The notes below the pieces were generated by a model. That model was given only the letters and a program-made list of their open reading frames with translations, ran no database searches and had not been told where the DNA came from. Below are positions 38,336-51,302 of a stretch of DNA of 64,000 nucleotides, piece by piece. A program made the translations under genes and the position numbers. The stretch's first letter is position 1. Every line of letters begins with the position of its first letter. Source of the stretch: Chiloscyllium plagiosum (Eukaryota); NCBI RefSeq assembly GCF_004010195.1, contig NC_057723.1:40140432-40204431 (forward strand), written 5' to 3'.

Positions 38336-38394
38336 GTGTCCAAATGAATTTACAGGTGATCGCTGCCAACACTACGTAATGGCCAGTTTCTACA
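38336..38394 (+). CDS. NRG2: Neuregulin 2 EGF beta alternative exon
   Basis: Long pyrimidine tract ending gtCAG, donor A|GTACGT. 59 nt, phase 2 to 1, translating (K)CPNEFTGDRCQHYVMASFY, the classic neuregulin beta C-loop. Confidence 0.95.
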
Positions 38395-40329
38395 GTACGT
38401 CCATTTCTTCTCTTCTTAAACTGAAGCATGCTATTACTGAAACATAGCATGCTATTTCTGCTGCTGCTTTCTGTTGATAATGCTATTACCTGTCTTTCCT
38501 GTATCACCATCCCATATGTTCCCCCTAAAACTTAAACCCAATTATCTTCAGAGTAGAATAAGGGAACTAAATTCGGAGGATAATGCCACTTACTGGACAT
38601 TTAGAATTCCTATTTCAGTCAAACACTAGATTAGGAATCACAGTTGCCTGAATAAAAATAATAATAAATAATTATTGCCCTTTTGAAAATGTTGTAACTG
38701 TGAATATTCATAACATTCAATTTAAATACACTTTACTATAGTATGCCCAGAAATCTAAATCTCTTGAACTCCAATAAATCTGATGCAAGATTGCACTTGC
38801 AATTGCTTTGGCTAACCATTTGGTCAAGTAAAATACTCATGGATACATATCAGTTAGTAGTAATAATGCCTAATTCCTTGCCTTGACCATGAAAGACAGC
38901 AAAGGTTAGAGAAAGCAATACCAAAAGATAGCACTCTGACTTCACTGAAATAATAACACCATTTGAGGGACATGGTATATGAGTCAGACACTAGATTCTC
39001 CAAATAATGTTTGGATAAAGATTTTCTTTTGAGTTGAGGTTAGAGAGAGCCAGCATCTATGACTGAGAAGTGAAATCTCTCCATGCCATGAATTCCAGAT
39101 CACCTGCATGTTTGTGCCAAAGCATTTGAAAACAAAAAAGGTAAAATGTTTGCCAATTTTTCATGCAAATTATAATTTTCATGCAAATTATACTGCTTTA
39201 ATAGATATCTTAAAATGATTCAAACCAACTTGTCATGCAAAAATAGTCAAATGACTATATTATACATGTGATCAGTAATGGAAATAGAATTATACTTATT
39301 GAAATGAAAGAAAAATTATAACTTTAAACATCAGAAAGCTAACATGCAGATAAACAAACTGAATATTTCCATTTCTGAGATTTGTATGCAATTTCTCTTC
39401 AGTGACCTTCCTATGCAAAAATATTTTGAGAATGGGTTACTGTATATTTATTTCTCATTAATTATTTGTGCAATTTTCTTCTTCATTCTGCAAATTAAGT
39501 AGAAATATTTTGCAAGTGTATTCATCCAATTTGAGAGATGCTTTCATCCAAAGCAGAGGGAGACAAGCTATTTGTGGTTAGACAACATTCTAAGATTAAT
39601 ATAATGGCAGGTGTAAATTACTTTGCAAACAAATCAATTTTATTTTTTCTAAGATACTTCTGCACTAACAGAAGAACTAACTTATGTAAAACTTTGTCGT
39701 TCTGATTATAATCTGAGTTAAATTGATTAGTTGGAACATGTTGTAGGCTAATGTCTATAAGAAACACAACATAGATAAAACTTGGAAATATTATTGAATT
39801 TTGATACAGTCATGAAGAAGTTATGGAAGATTATATTAACTGGGAAAAATCACTAAGATGAGTCAGTATTTACAATTCTAGTTTAAGTGTTCATTTAGTT
39901 TCTTTCTGGGTTTAATTCTAGTTGCAGTATTGTATCAAGTATTGTAGCAATTTTCCTCGTACGATGTTTGTTTAATGAAAGTGAATCATTTTACTTCATG
40001 AATGAAAAATAATGTTGCTTGAGTAAAATGGTTAACTCTTAACACCAGCCCTGAACTTCCATCAGATCCAGACAAATGAATAGGCTTGTTGCAGGATTCC
40101 AAATTACCATGTCCTAAGTCTCTGTGCATAGAAATTGTGAAACCATGTGTTAGTCTCTATTGAAATCCAATTGAAAGATTCAGGAGAGTATTGAATAATT
40201 ATTTGGATAGAAATAATGTGCAGGGGTATGGGGAAACTGGCAGTAGGTAATGATGCTCATTTGAAGAGCTGGTGCAGATACATTGGACCAAATGAGCTCT
40301 TTCTGCATCATAACAGAATCTAACCTTAA

Positions 40330-42100
40330 CCTACTTTTGTATGTTGCTTGCTGTTCTGCACCTGAGGTCACTAACCTTACTGCTACCTTTTTACCCTTTC
40401 AATTTATAACATACATTTTTGCCCTGTTCACTGCTACCCCTTGGTGTTCTTTCATCATGCTGTCATATTATGCTCATATCTGTCTTTACCTGGCATATAA
40501 CTCTCTGTACTACCCAAGTGTTACCCCTGCTGCACCCACAGTGCTACTCATTCTTGTCTCTTGTAGAATTCTTAGCTCCTGATCTCATATTCATAGTGAA
40601 TATTCTTCCAACTCATTCACCGGTGGCTTATTTCTTTAACAATCCATGCCTGTTCTCAATCCGTGCCTTTATGACTACTACATGGGTGACCAAAATTCAG
40701 CTCTCCGTGGCTTTCCAGAATGTGCACTCTCTGTGCCGTTATCCTGGCTGAGTTTATTGATACCCATGAGCTGGCAGCAATCCAGCTACAAGACAATGAT
40801 TGCTTATCCTTTACCAAAATTATCTAATCTGAAATGGCTTCCACCATGCTATGCCATACCATATAATCCATATGTTACTGATATCTTCTTTGTCAATCAA
40901 GTCTCCCAATCTTCCAGCATTCTTTTTGTAATTCTTGCTCTTTCTACTCTACTTGCCAAGATTTCCTTTTTTAGCCTTAGCATGGAGTAACTTCTTATTC
41001 CCAATCTTAATCCAATTGCACCTAATTCTCCCCTGTCCTCTCACTCAATGTACCCCATTCACACACTTCACTACCCATTTGACAATGCTATCCAAGGATT
41101 CACCACCTTAAAGATTTTAATTGGTGACAAGGTAATTTCTGATCACCACTTTATCTTTTTTACACGCAATACTTTGGTTCGCCTTATATCACTTTTGTCA
41201 TTCACTTTGGGAAAATACTTTCCCTCCCTGCTCCAGGACCACTACCCCGTGTAAATCCTACTCTGCACCCTTTGAGTTTCCATCTGCAATAATATTACTG
41301 CCACTGCTCAGTTCTGAAAAAGGTGCTTGAGTTCCACCTCTGATCACAACTACCCAATGTTGCTTAATTTTTTAAAATCTTCCATTCCAACATCCTTTGT
41401 GTTCTCAAATGTGAAGTTTGCAGACTTGAAAGCATCTCCATCTGTTCACTCTCATTAACCATTCAACAGCACAAGGAGTACCACATCTCTATAAGAGAAT
41501 CATATAAGTTCAAGATTATTCTTGAGTCTAAGAGTGATCCCAGAATCCTTAATTACCACCACCTCTTCTGACATCCTACTTTGATATTCTCTGTTCTTAT
41601 CTCTCGTGTTCATTACAAGATCTTTTGGACTTGGTTATGTCCAGGATCAAGACATTATGGGAACTGCCTTTGCCTCCACTTTCCTGATCATTTGCTCCAC
41701 TAAAAGATCCCTTAACTCCCCAAATCGTCCTTCTTGAATTTATTAGAGTGCATTATTCTTGTACAATTAAAAGCTTATTACTCCTAAAATTCCTTTTTCC
41801 ACTCTAAAATCTGATTATCAGCTTGTACTTTCAATTATACCTCCAGCCAATAACACAAATTATGTATTTGTGATGAAAACCATATTGCATTATCTCCCCA
41901 AGGTTTCAGCTTTTCAGAAGTCCTTTAAGGTAGATCACTCTATCATTCTCTACCATGTCTGCTCTGTGATGCATCTTCAGAAGAAAGTTTATTCTTGGTT
42001 CAACAGCCACTCATCACAAGAGCGCCACATATATCTGACAATAAATATTGCCCCTTGCCCTACACAGTCACATCTGCAGGATCCCAAAATATAATCTTTG
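40330..42100 (+). mobile_element. Highly decayed L2 LINE (endonuclease to RT)
   Basis: DKVISDHHFI (endonuclease SDH motif, about 41130). KVDHSIILY...VYSWFNSHSS in ORF 41870-42094. Confidence 0.55.
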
Positions 42101-44249
42101 TTTCTTCATCCCAGAAATTTCAGTTTAGTCAACAAATGTGATGGTAGATACAAAGTTCACCATAAACTACAGGTGTAGGCCTTCATATGATGTATCAGTA
42201 ATAGTCTTGTGTGAATATATATTTTTATTCTATGCTGAACATGACCTTGGATTATTTGAAATTGTTAGAAGCCACAAGCTTCAATTTAAATTTGAGTTAA
42301 AATATTGTTTCGCGAAAGGAAATCAAAAGAAAAACAAACAATTTGAATTTAAAGCACAATGTCAGTAGGGTAAGTGATTTTTTTTCATTGGTATTGTGGT
42401 GTTAGCTATAGAGTAATACATATGTATGAGCGTTTATGAGAAATTGAATTTCATGTCTTTCATTCTTATGGAAATTTTTCTGGGGCATTTCAAATCTCTG
42501 CTGTAACTCAGCATTAGCATCATACTTGGTATTGCCTGGTTCAGATATCTCTTCAACAAAACAGTGAAGTAAGTCCTGCCAGTGCCACTGCGACCCACTG
42601 AGGGACTGAGGAAGAATGAAGCTAGTGAGTCAAAGAATCCTAGAATAATTTCCATACAATATCAAACACAACAAAAAGGCAGAAATGTGATTTATCACAT
42701 ATAGTCCTGGATGAATGAAAAAAAAATACCCTTTATAACAAAATAAATGAAATGTTATGCAGACATAATTATGCATTGCTTGAATCGTTTGATATGCCTT
42801 TGCAAAATTTAATCTCAAATGAAAGGTCAGTTGAATAGACTGGCAGAAAGTTGACTTGAATTTTTACTCTATGAAATTGTTAAGTAGGAGTTTAAAATCA
42901 TTCCAGCTGCTGAATGAACTCTAAATCTCACGCACAAAATTTTCTTTTGATCTTTATAGGAGTTGATTAGTTTTTTTTGAAGATGAATATCCCGACAAAG
43001 TCCACACAGTAACCTAATTACTCATATTCTGCTTCATCATTACTAGTTGCATGCACAAACATGTTGAGCAAAAACAAATGAACAAAGCAAAAGTAAAGGT
43101 CATTGAACTCATCATGTTTGTTTTGTCAAACATGTTTATACAGCATCTAAAGTATTCCTCTTATTTTCAGTATCAAAGTCTCAAGTTTCTCTGAATATTA
43201 ATCTGTGGCAGGTGATTACTTTCCTCTACACGTCCTTCAGCAAATATATTGGTAAATTTCCTTAAAAGTATTAATCAGTGGTATCCTTCACTGCACTTTA
43301 ACAAGCTCATTAAAAAAGCTATGCTGAGCACATTGGTACATTTCTATTTTAAAACATTAACCCTTGGGTTTGATTCTGGATTCAGTTGAAATAACCTGCT
43401 GGCTTGAATTCGGAATATAGTTTTTGTGAAGGTGGATCATACGTTACTCATTTGCTTACTACAGGTATAAATTTAATTTGCAGCCAGGAATCATTATTCT
43501 CGTTTAATTTTGCTAATGTATAATACAAAATGTGAGTTAAAATCAGTTATGTGGGCCTGGGTAATCTGATTCTCACCATATATTCTAATGCTGAGTTCTC
43601 ATTGTTGCCATCTCATGACTTAAGAGATGTTGGGCTGAACCTTACTTTTTTTTTGGTGAAGTGCTATATTCATCAATTTTCACTGAAAGCTTCTTTCCCA
43701 AGACCTCTCTCATGCAACCCATTTTCTCAACCTAGTTGTTTAATCACCAGGCTCTAAGGTTTACTGACCTTGCCTACGTCCTGCTTAAACATTTTTTCTG
43801 AGTCACCAGTACACTGTCCCCAGTGCCTCCTGTATACCCTTAGTTAGTTATTGGCTGGTAGTGGAACATCACATACAGGCAAGCAAGCAATTAGACAATT
43901 CTAAACATGAGCTTTTATTCACAGTCAATGAAAGCAAGTACAAACAAAATGAATAGAGTCTGAAGTTTGCCCCACAATGCAAACTAAATGATGGCATGGT
44001 GATCACGGACTATTTTATAGTCAATGTTAGTTGCTTCAGCCAGCTGTCATCTACTGGAACCAGGAGTCATTCTGGTCTTGTCTGGCCTTTAGTGACCAAT
44101 ACAGCTGAGCTCAGCTATATACAAGGAGGGTTTACTCCTGCTAAATATCCTTGGGAGACTGCTGACCAGCCAAATTCTCAGCATTCAGCACATTACCTCA
44201 TTTCCAGCTCGAATTGTCCAAAACCCATCATGATAGATGGTGAAGCACA

Positions 44250-45000
44250 CGCTCTCTGAACTATACAGTAAGATTCCTGCAACCCACCCCGGCTGGACCA
44301 AATAGCAAAACCAAATCTTTGGCAGCCCTGTCCTTTGCTCTGTCATAACGGGCAGCATTGTATCTGTGTTCCATATCAGTTAGAGGATTGCACAAAGCTG
44401 CCATGAGCCATAGTCACAGTGGGTAGCCCTTGTAGTCCAGTAACCAGCCTTGCTAGGCACCTGGACCCTCAAGCAATCCAGGTACAAAAGAGAGCTGTAA
44501 GATGTAATACCAGGGTAGTGGGCATACACCTCCCGGAAGTCGTACCAGTGATCACAGACCACCTGGATGTTAATGGAATGGAATCCCTTGCTGTTGATGA
44601 ATTCTGCAGTTTTGTGACATGACTCTCTGGCCCCTTGTGTGAAGCCAATGGCACCTGCACCATTGGCAACCCAACTATGTTCCTGAATCCTACTACCTGG
44701 GCTGCAGAACTAACCTCACCATGGGGGGAAACAACGTGAACTGGCGTGATCTTGTACAGATGGCATCAGTCATGATCCTGATAAATTTTGTGGGTGTGTG
44801 ACAGTGAGATTCCACACAGGTCACCTGTCACTCTCTGGAAGGAGCCCATCCCATGGAAAGCAGAAGTCCCTTTCACAGCCAGCAGGATTTAAAGCAGCGA
44901 ACAGCTCTCCAATAGCTGGGTGCATGACTCCTCCTGAAAATGACCTGTGTTAGGAACATAATGAGCAAAATAGCTTCTTAGCTGTGAATGATATACCTGT
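44250..45000 (-). mobile_element. PIF/Harbinger (HARBI1-like) transposase relic
   Basis: Minus strand FINSKGFHSINIQVVCDH...VYAHYPG and GWLLDYKGYPL*LWLMAALCNPLTDMEHRYNAA match Harbinger DDE motifs. Confidence 0.85.
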
Positions 45001-45094
45001 AGATGTTGGCTACACACATCCCCAGACAGTGAGGCATGCAGCACCCCAAGAATGAGGGCTATGTCTCTGTCATATATGTAGCTTCAGCGTCAGA

Positions 45095-46745
45095 ATCCCA
45101 ACATTGTTAGAGCACAGAAGGATGCTATTTGGTCCATCGTACTTGCATCGATTCTATTACCTGGTGCAATTCTCCTTCCTTTTTCACATATCTCTGTGCA
45201 CCATTTCTATCCAGATAATCATCCAATGTTCTTTTGGATGTCTAATTTAACCAGCCTTCACCACATTTCCAGGCATTGCATTCCATGCCCTACTACTTGC
45301 TGTGTGAAATTTTTCTCTCATCACCTTCGTTTCTTTTGCACATTGCTTTAAATCTGTACCCTGTTGGTTTTTTTTTCCTTTTATGAGCAGAAACAGCCAT
45401 CTCATGATTTTGCAAACCTCTATTAAACCTCCTGTCAGCCTGCTTTGCTTCAAGGAGGACAGTCCCTTCCTCTTCAATCTCCCCTCACACCCAAAATGTC
45501 TCACTCCTGGAAGCATTCTTGAAAATCACTTCTGCACTCTGTCCAATGCGTTCACATCTTTCCTATTACAATTGTGCACAATAATCTAGCTGAGGTCTAA
45601 CAGATGTCTTATATAAGTTCAACATCATCTCCTTGCTCCAACCTCTCTTTCCCTATTAATAAAGTTGAGAACATTGTATGCTTTATTAACATGCTGTCTC
45701 CACCTGTCCTGCCACCTTCAATGATTTGTGCACATATACATCTAGAGCCCTCTATCCTGCACCCCCATTCGAATTGTACCCCATAGTTTGTATTGTCTTT
45801 TAGTGGTCTTCCAACCAAAGTGCACCACTTCACTTTTCTCCGCATCGAACCTCATCTGGTATTTGTCTGCCCACTCCACCAACTTCTCAATGTTCTTTTG
45901 GAATTCAACACTATCCTCCTTGTAGTTCTCAATTCTTCCAAGTTTCCTGTCATCTGCAAAGTTTGAAATTGTCCTCTGTACTCCAAGATCCAGATCATTA
46001 ATATATATACAGAAAAGCAAGAATGCGAATACTAACCCTTAGGGAACTCCACTAGAAATTTTATTCCAGTCTGAAAAATATCCATTGACCATTACCTATC
46101 ACTCAGCCAATTTTGTATCCACTTTCATACCATGAAGTATAACTTTCCTCACAGTGTCTGTTCTGTGATACTCTAACAAACAACTTCTGGGAACCATTAT
46201 GTACTATATCAACAGCATTACTGTCATCAACCCTCTCTATAACATCTTCAAAAATTTCAGCAAGTTAGTTAAAGATTTCTCCTTTAGAAATCTGTGCTTG
46301 CTCTTCCTAATCAACTCACGCTTTTTCCATGTGACTCCTAATTCCATCACTAATAATTATTCCTTGAAGTTTCACCACCACTGAATTGGTCTGTAATCAT
46401 TAGGATCATCCTTACAACTTTTCTTGAGCAAGGTTGTGATGTTAGCAAAGGCTGAAGATTATGGCCAGTGCCTTTACAAATTCTACTGTTCCTTTTAGAA
46501 ACCCTTGGATGTATCTCATCTGGTCCCAGTGCTTTGTGAACCCGAAATGCCAACAGTCCATCCAAGACTTCTTCCTTATAAATTTGAGCACTTGTAGTGA
46601 AATGGTTTCTTCCTCTATAATTATGGCCTGGGCACCATCCTCCTCTTTTATAAATACAGATGCCATGCATTTATTTAACATCTCAACATGTAAATCCCTT
46701 TTTTGGTCTCTGATTGGCCCTACTCTTCCTTTAAAACTATCTCTT
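45095..46745 (-). mobile_element. CR1 LINE, 5'-truncated
   Basis: ORFs give KALGPDEIHPRV, IYINDLDLGVQRTISNFADDRKLG and MLPGVRHF...RLTGGLIEVCKIMR. Confidence 0.9.
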
Positions 46746-48901
46746 TCTGTTTATATGTTGGTGTGTGCACAACTTGGTGAAGGTGCTGTGCCAGCAGAGT
46801 CACCCTCATATTCCATCAAAAAGGGTGTGCCCACCGAGTTCCAACCCCTTTTGCATCCCAGACCACAGCAACAATGAAACTCATTCAGTTGAGTTCATTC
46901 TCATACCTACAAGATGAATGATGAAACAAATCATCTCTGCCTCCCACAGCACCCTTCCAATTTTCAAAAATTGGGAGTCACTTTTGGCTGGCATTTGCCT
47001 CTTTTAAAGACATTGCCATGATCTTCTACATCATTGAGCTCAATTTGCAAGCACCAATGGCACGGTGCAAATCACCTTCGACCAGCACTTGAAGCTTAGC
47101 GCATTCACTCTGCAGGAATTGCAAATGAACGATGAAATTACTGGAAATTATGTTTAACTGTTTTTTTACCAGTCAGTGACTTAGCCTCCAGCAGACAGGA
47201 ATCCTGCACCTTCGCCGATCAAACTGACACCGACTCTGCTCACCTTGGCATTGTTGCTGCCATTTCCGGTTTTATTAGCATCTAGTGAATGGCAAGTGCC
47301 AGGGGATGCAGACTACTATGGATACCATCAGCATTTGGATCTACCTAGTTGCCAAGTACTCACTCCCCAAGCCCAGAGCTTCCATGCCCACTTTAACGTT
47401 ACACTATTCCGACAACCCATTTCCACTCATTCTCACAACCCACTATCAATGTGGAGACCCATCACATTGAATTTTGTTTCCAACTGCACTTTCTGTGCCC
47501 TCAGCCCTGACATTGTAATATAATGATGGTGACCTGACTCCTCTGTACTCCCCCACTGGAGGCTATGGTGGTGGTCACTGGCAATGAAACTTCCCCCTCC
47601 ACTGTAGCCTCTCATATGCTTTAATGCAGTTCTGCATTACCCCATTATACCTTGATATTTCCCTCATCCCAATCTACTATCACCCACTGTCCAAGCTTTG
47701 ACTGCCCCACCCATTTGTGACAATGAGAGTTCTTCAGCCTCTACACTCCATTCCTCTTGCACCCTGCTCAAACGTCAATGCACGAAGCCCTCAGGACTGT
47801 ATTTGCTATACATCTCTGACCAACATCAATAAGTAGTCCCTCAACAAGATCGACCAGACCCCTCACAGCTGTCATTGCTGCTCCTTGACTGATGATGATG
47901 ACTCCCTTGACTGTGACTGCCAATAGGCCTGACCATTGCTAAGCCCCTGGACTATGTCCAGACTCTGCCCATGACTGACACAATGGGCACCCTCATGACT
48001 GACTACAGACCTCTCTTGACCAGACTGAAAATTAGTCCCACATACTTACTAAAATGGCCAATTGTTTGTAAGAGAGTGCAGCGTGTGAGTCTGTGCATGG
48101 GCTGTCATTTGCAGTAGATATTAGATTGATATGTCAGATATTAGATCGATATACTGCAAGATGCAAGCAGGTGCTAACTCAGAAAGTGCTAAGAGATCAA
48201 GTGAGCAACCTTGAGTTGCAGCCTGGTCCAAACTGTGGGCTGGGTGCTGTCTCTGCATGCAAAGTCTCCTTGCAGCAGCCTTTCAATGCTAGTTGCCAGA
48301 GTGCCATTCAATGCAGATCTGTACTTCATAAGCATCTTGCAGACAAATCAGAGGTGCCATGAGGATCCTGAGTCGCTGGTAAAAATCAGATATCAATGTC
48401 CATGGAAGAGGGATGTGTGCAGTCACTAGCCATGGTTCTGAGCTGCTGTTACAGGCAGATAACAGGAAGACATTTTCCACCCAGTGGTAAGCTGACGTCT
48501 CCAGGTACTTGCACTGACTTCCATGTGGAGAATTCCCAGAATCGAGCTTACTAAGGGTAGGATAGGAAGTTGCATATTAATAAGGTAAAATCTGTAGTGA
48601 ATATGGTCGCTGGCAAGCAATAAACCCCTTAATATGTAACTTATCACTCCCTAGCAGAATGTCCCATTGACACCCGGAACATAGTTAAAAGATGCAGTGA
48701 GTTATTCCCAGCATTGAGATAGTGCTCGCTGGACTTCTTGCATGATCATGTGACATTGCTCATTGTAGCCTATTTTATCCAGGCCCCTTTACGATAAATG
48801 AATGAATGAATGAATGAACGAACAACTGAGTTAATGCCACATACATCTGGAGAGCTACAGTGAAAACTGTTCTGTCACCTCAATCTAGTGCCATTTTGAG
48901 G

Positions 48902-48965
48902 TAAATGGAGTTCCTTTTCATTGGCTAGGGTCATAAATGGAGTTCCTCTTCATTGGCTAGGGTCG
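48902..48965. repeat. 32-bp tandem duplication
   Basis: taaatggagttcct(t/c)ttcattggctagggtc(a/g) x2. Confidence 0.92.
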
Positions 48966-50229
48966 TAAACGCGGCTTCAATATTTATGCAAGGTCCCCAC
49001 TCTGGGCCTACCATAACCAGGAATCCCCACTGCACCATCACTTGATTTCACACTTGCATTCACACTTGCAACTAGACAGAGGGTGCCATAGATAGAGAGC
49101 CTTTGTGTGGTGAGACATGTTGCTTGAGTAAGCTGCAACCAGAACTGGTGGTGGGGGGGGGGGGGGGGGGCAGGATAACGCAGGTATCAACTCACAGGAA
49201 GTTGAAATTACCCATGGGTTTTGCTGCAGGTCATCAGTAAAGAGTTTGATATGACTGGTGCACAATGAGATACTTAGTACTTCGACAGATCTGTCAGAAA
49301 GTCCTTCTGCAATGTTTTTTGATTGATTGATTTATTGCCATGTGTTCTGAGATGCAATGAAAAGCTTTGTTTATGAGCAGTACAAGCAGATCATAGTAAG
49401 TGAGGATGTACAGATTAAAAAGAGTTGGGTAGAGGCATACAGGTTACATTGCACAGAGTAGGCGCTAGGTGAGATCAGCTGAGCCTTTGTGATGTGATTG
49501 TGGTGACCAACTACAATCCAAAATGCTGGCCTAACCTGAATGAGATGGTGTAATGGCCGATGTCTCGGCTTTCAGCAGCAAAAAGGCACCCAGTGACCAA
49601 GTGGAAGGCAGGATTACTGCCATCATGATTGTCTGAACAATGTTGAAAGGGGTATGCAGAGTGTCACAGAATTCAGCAATCTCAGCTGCTTTAAATTACT
49701 ACCGTGGTTAAGGTACCATCCCAGGAAGTGACGATGGCTCCATGGATCATGAACATGCCTTCCGCTTTCCAGATAACAGCTATCATCCTACCAATCCATC
49801 TCGGCTGCTGCCATCAGCATGCCAAGATGGTGTAGTCGAAAGCCATGCCCTCTGAAGTCAATGTCCATCTCCAGTCTTCCTCCTGCTGAAAATAACTCCG
49901 TACTGCAACCATCAGGGTAACACAATGGACGCACCTTAGGATGGACAAAGGCTTATGGAAAGCAGACCCTAAATAAAGCACAGTGGTAAATATTGACATT
50001 TGTACAGAATAACACAAGCTTGCATTTACAAATTCATTTAAGAATCCTCATTTTGTGGTGGTTTCTACTTATATGCTGTGGCCAAGTGGACTTCCTGTTA
50101 TTCAACAACAGAGGGAAGGTAACATTGAGAATTAGTTTGAAGTTGCTGGTATCACTGTTTGTTGAGTTGTGATTGGACAACCTAACGAGCGAAGAGTTAT
50201 CTAGCTGCTTTCTGCCTTTCTCAACAGTG

Positions 50230-50900
50230 GTTCATCAGAAAGCTATTGTCAAGGCCAACGTTGTGCTGCATGCAACAAGCTGCCATGAAAACGATTCTGC
50301 TGAATCCTGCATGGATTGTCTGCAGTGGTCCAGGTAGCAAAAGTATTGTTTCAGCACCTCGTCCTGTCTGACAGCATGCTGAGTGGTGTCAACATGTGCA
50401 CAGATTGTACACCAGGGTCATAAGCTATGTCCTCATAGCCACTTTCTTACTTGTTGCCATTGCTGAAGTGCTGATGAATGAAGGCATCATGATTGCTATA
50501 TGGATCTGCATGATCGGCTCTGGTCAGGTGGACATTGAAGACATGGAATTAGTTTTGACTGTGGTATAGGACGGAATTCTCATGCAGCTTTCTCAAAGCA
50601 ATGTGTGTGCTGTCAATGACACACTGAAACAAATTCCAAACTAGCAGCAGCATCAACATCTTCACTAAAATGTCTCTGACTCTGCTGCCAGTAGCTGTGG
50701 AGAGAGTGAGGACTACAGATACTGGGGAGTCAGAGTTGAAAAATTGGAGTTGGAAAAGCACAGCAGATCAGACAGCATCCGAGGAGCAGGAGAGTTTCAG
50801 GCATAAGCCCTTCATCAGGAATGCCAGCCAATGTGTACATGTCTGCCATAGATGCCAAAAGTACAGCTGCCAGGAACCATCTTTTGCAACCATTGAGTTT
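50230..50900 (-). mobile_element. Second PIF/Harbinger transposase relic, interrupted by a PLE fragment (about 50697-50822)
   Basis: Minus strand FQCVIDSTHIALRK...FHVFNVHL (GAIDCTH-like) and VLKQYFCYLDH (LKQRFRCLD-like). The nested PLE has CTGATGAagggcttatgcctGAAA at 50818-50795. Confidence 0.75.
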
Positions 50901-51302
50901 GATTCTGCAGGAGAGATGAATTATTGTTAAGACTTAATTGTTAACCACAATACTAGGGAGTATCCACTTCAACTAAACACTGTTGAACTCACTGACCTTT
51001 CAATATTTCAGCTGCTCTGAGGAACAGAGGACTTGGAAGTAGGAGTAGGCCACTGGCCTTTTTGAGTCTCTGCTCCACCATTCAATGTGGCCATGGCTAA
51101 TCTGACTGTGCTTTCAACATCACTCTACTATCTCCTCACCATCCCACTTGATTTCCTTGTCTCTCAAAAGTCTCTTTTACCCAGCCATGAATAAATTCAA
51201 TGACCCAACCTCCATAATTTTCTGGGGAAGAGAATTCCATAGACTAACAGCTCTGTGTGGCAAAATAATTTCTGTTCTTCTCTATCTTAGAAGAAAGATT
51301 TC

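Noticed and set aside
43900-44125. Solo LTR (minus-strand TATAAA followed by AATAAA)
   Set aside because: No adjacent polypurine tract, second copy or clear TSD was found.
49146-49170. Poly-G run and the poly-Pro ORF 49038-49265 as functional
   Set aside because: A simple homopolymer whose length is prone to sequencing error; no supporting context.
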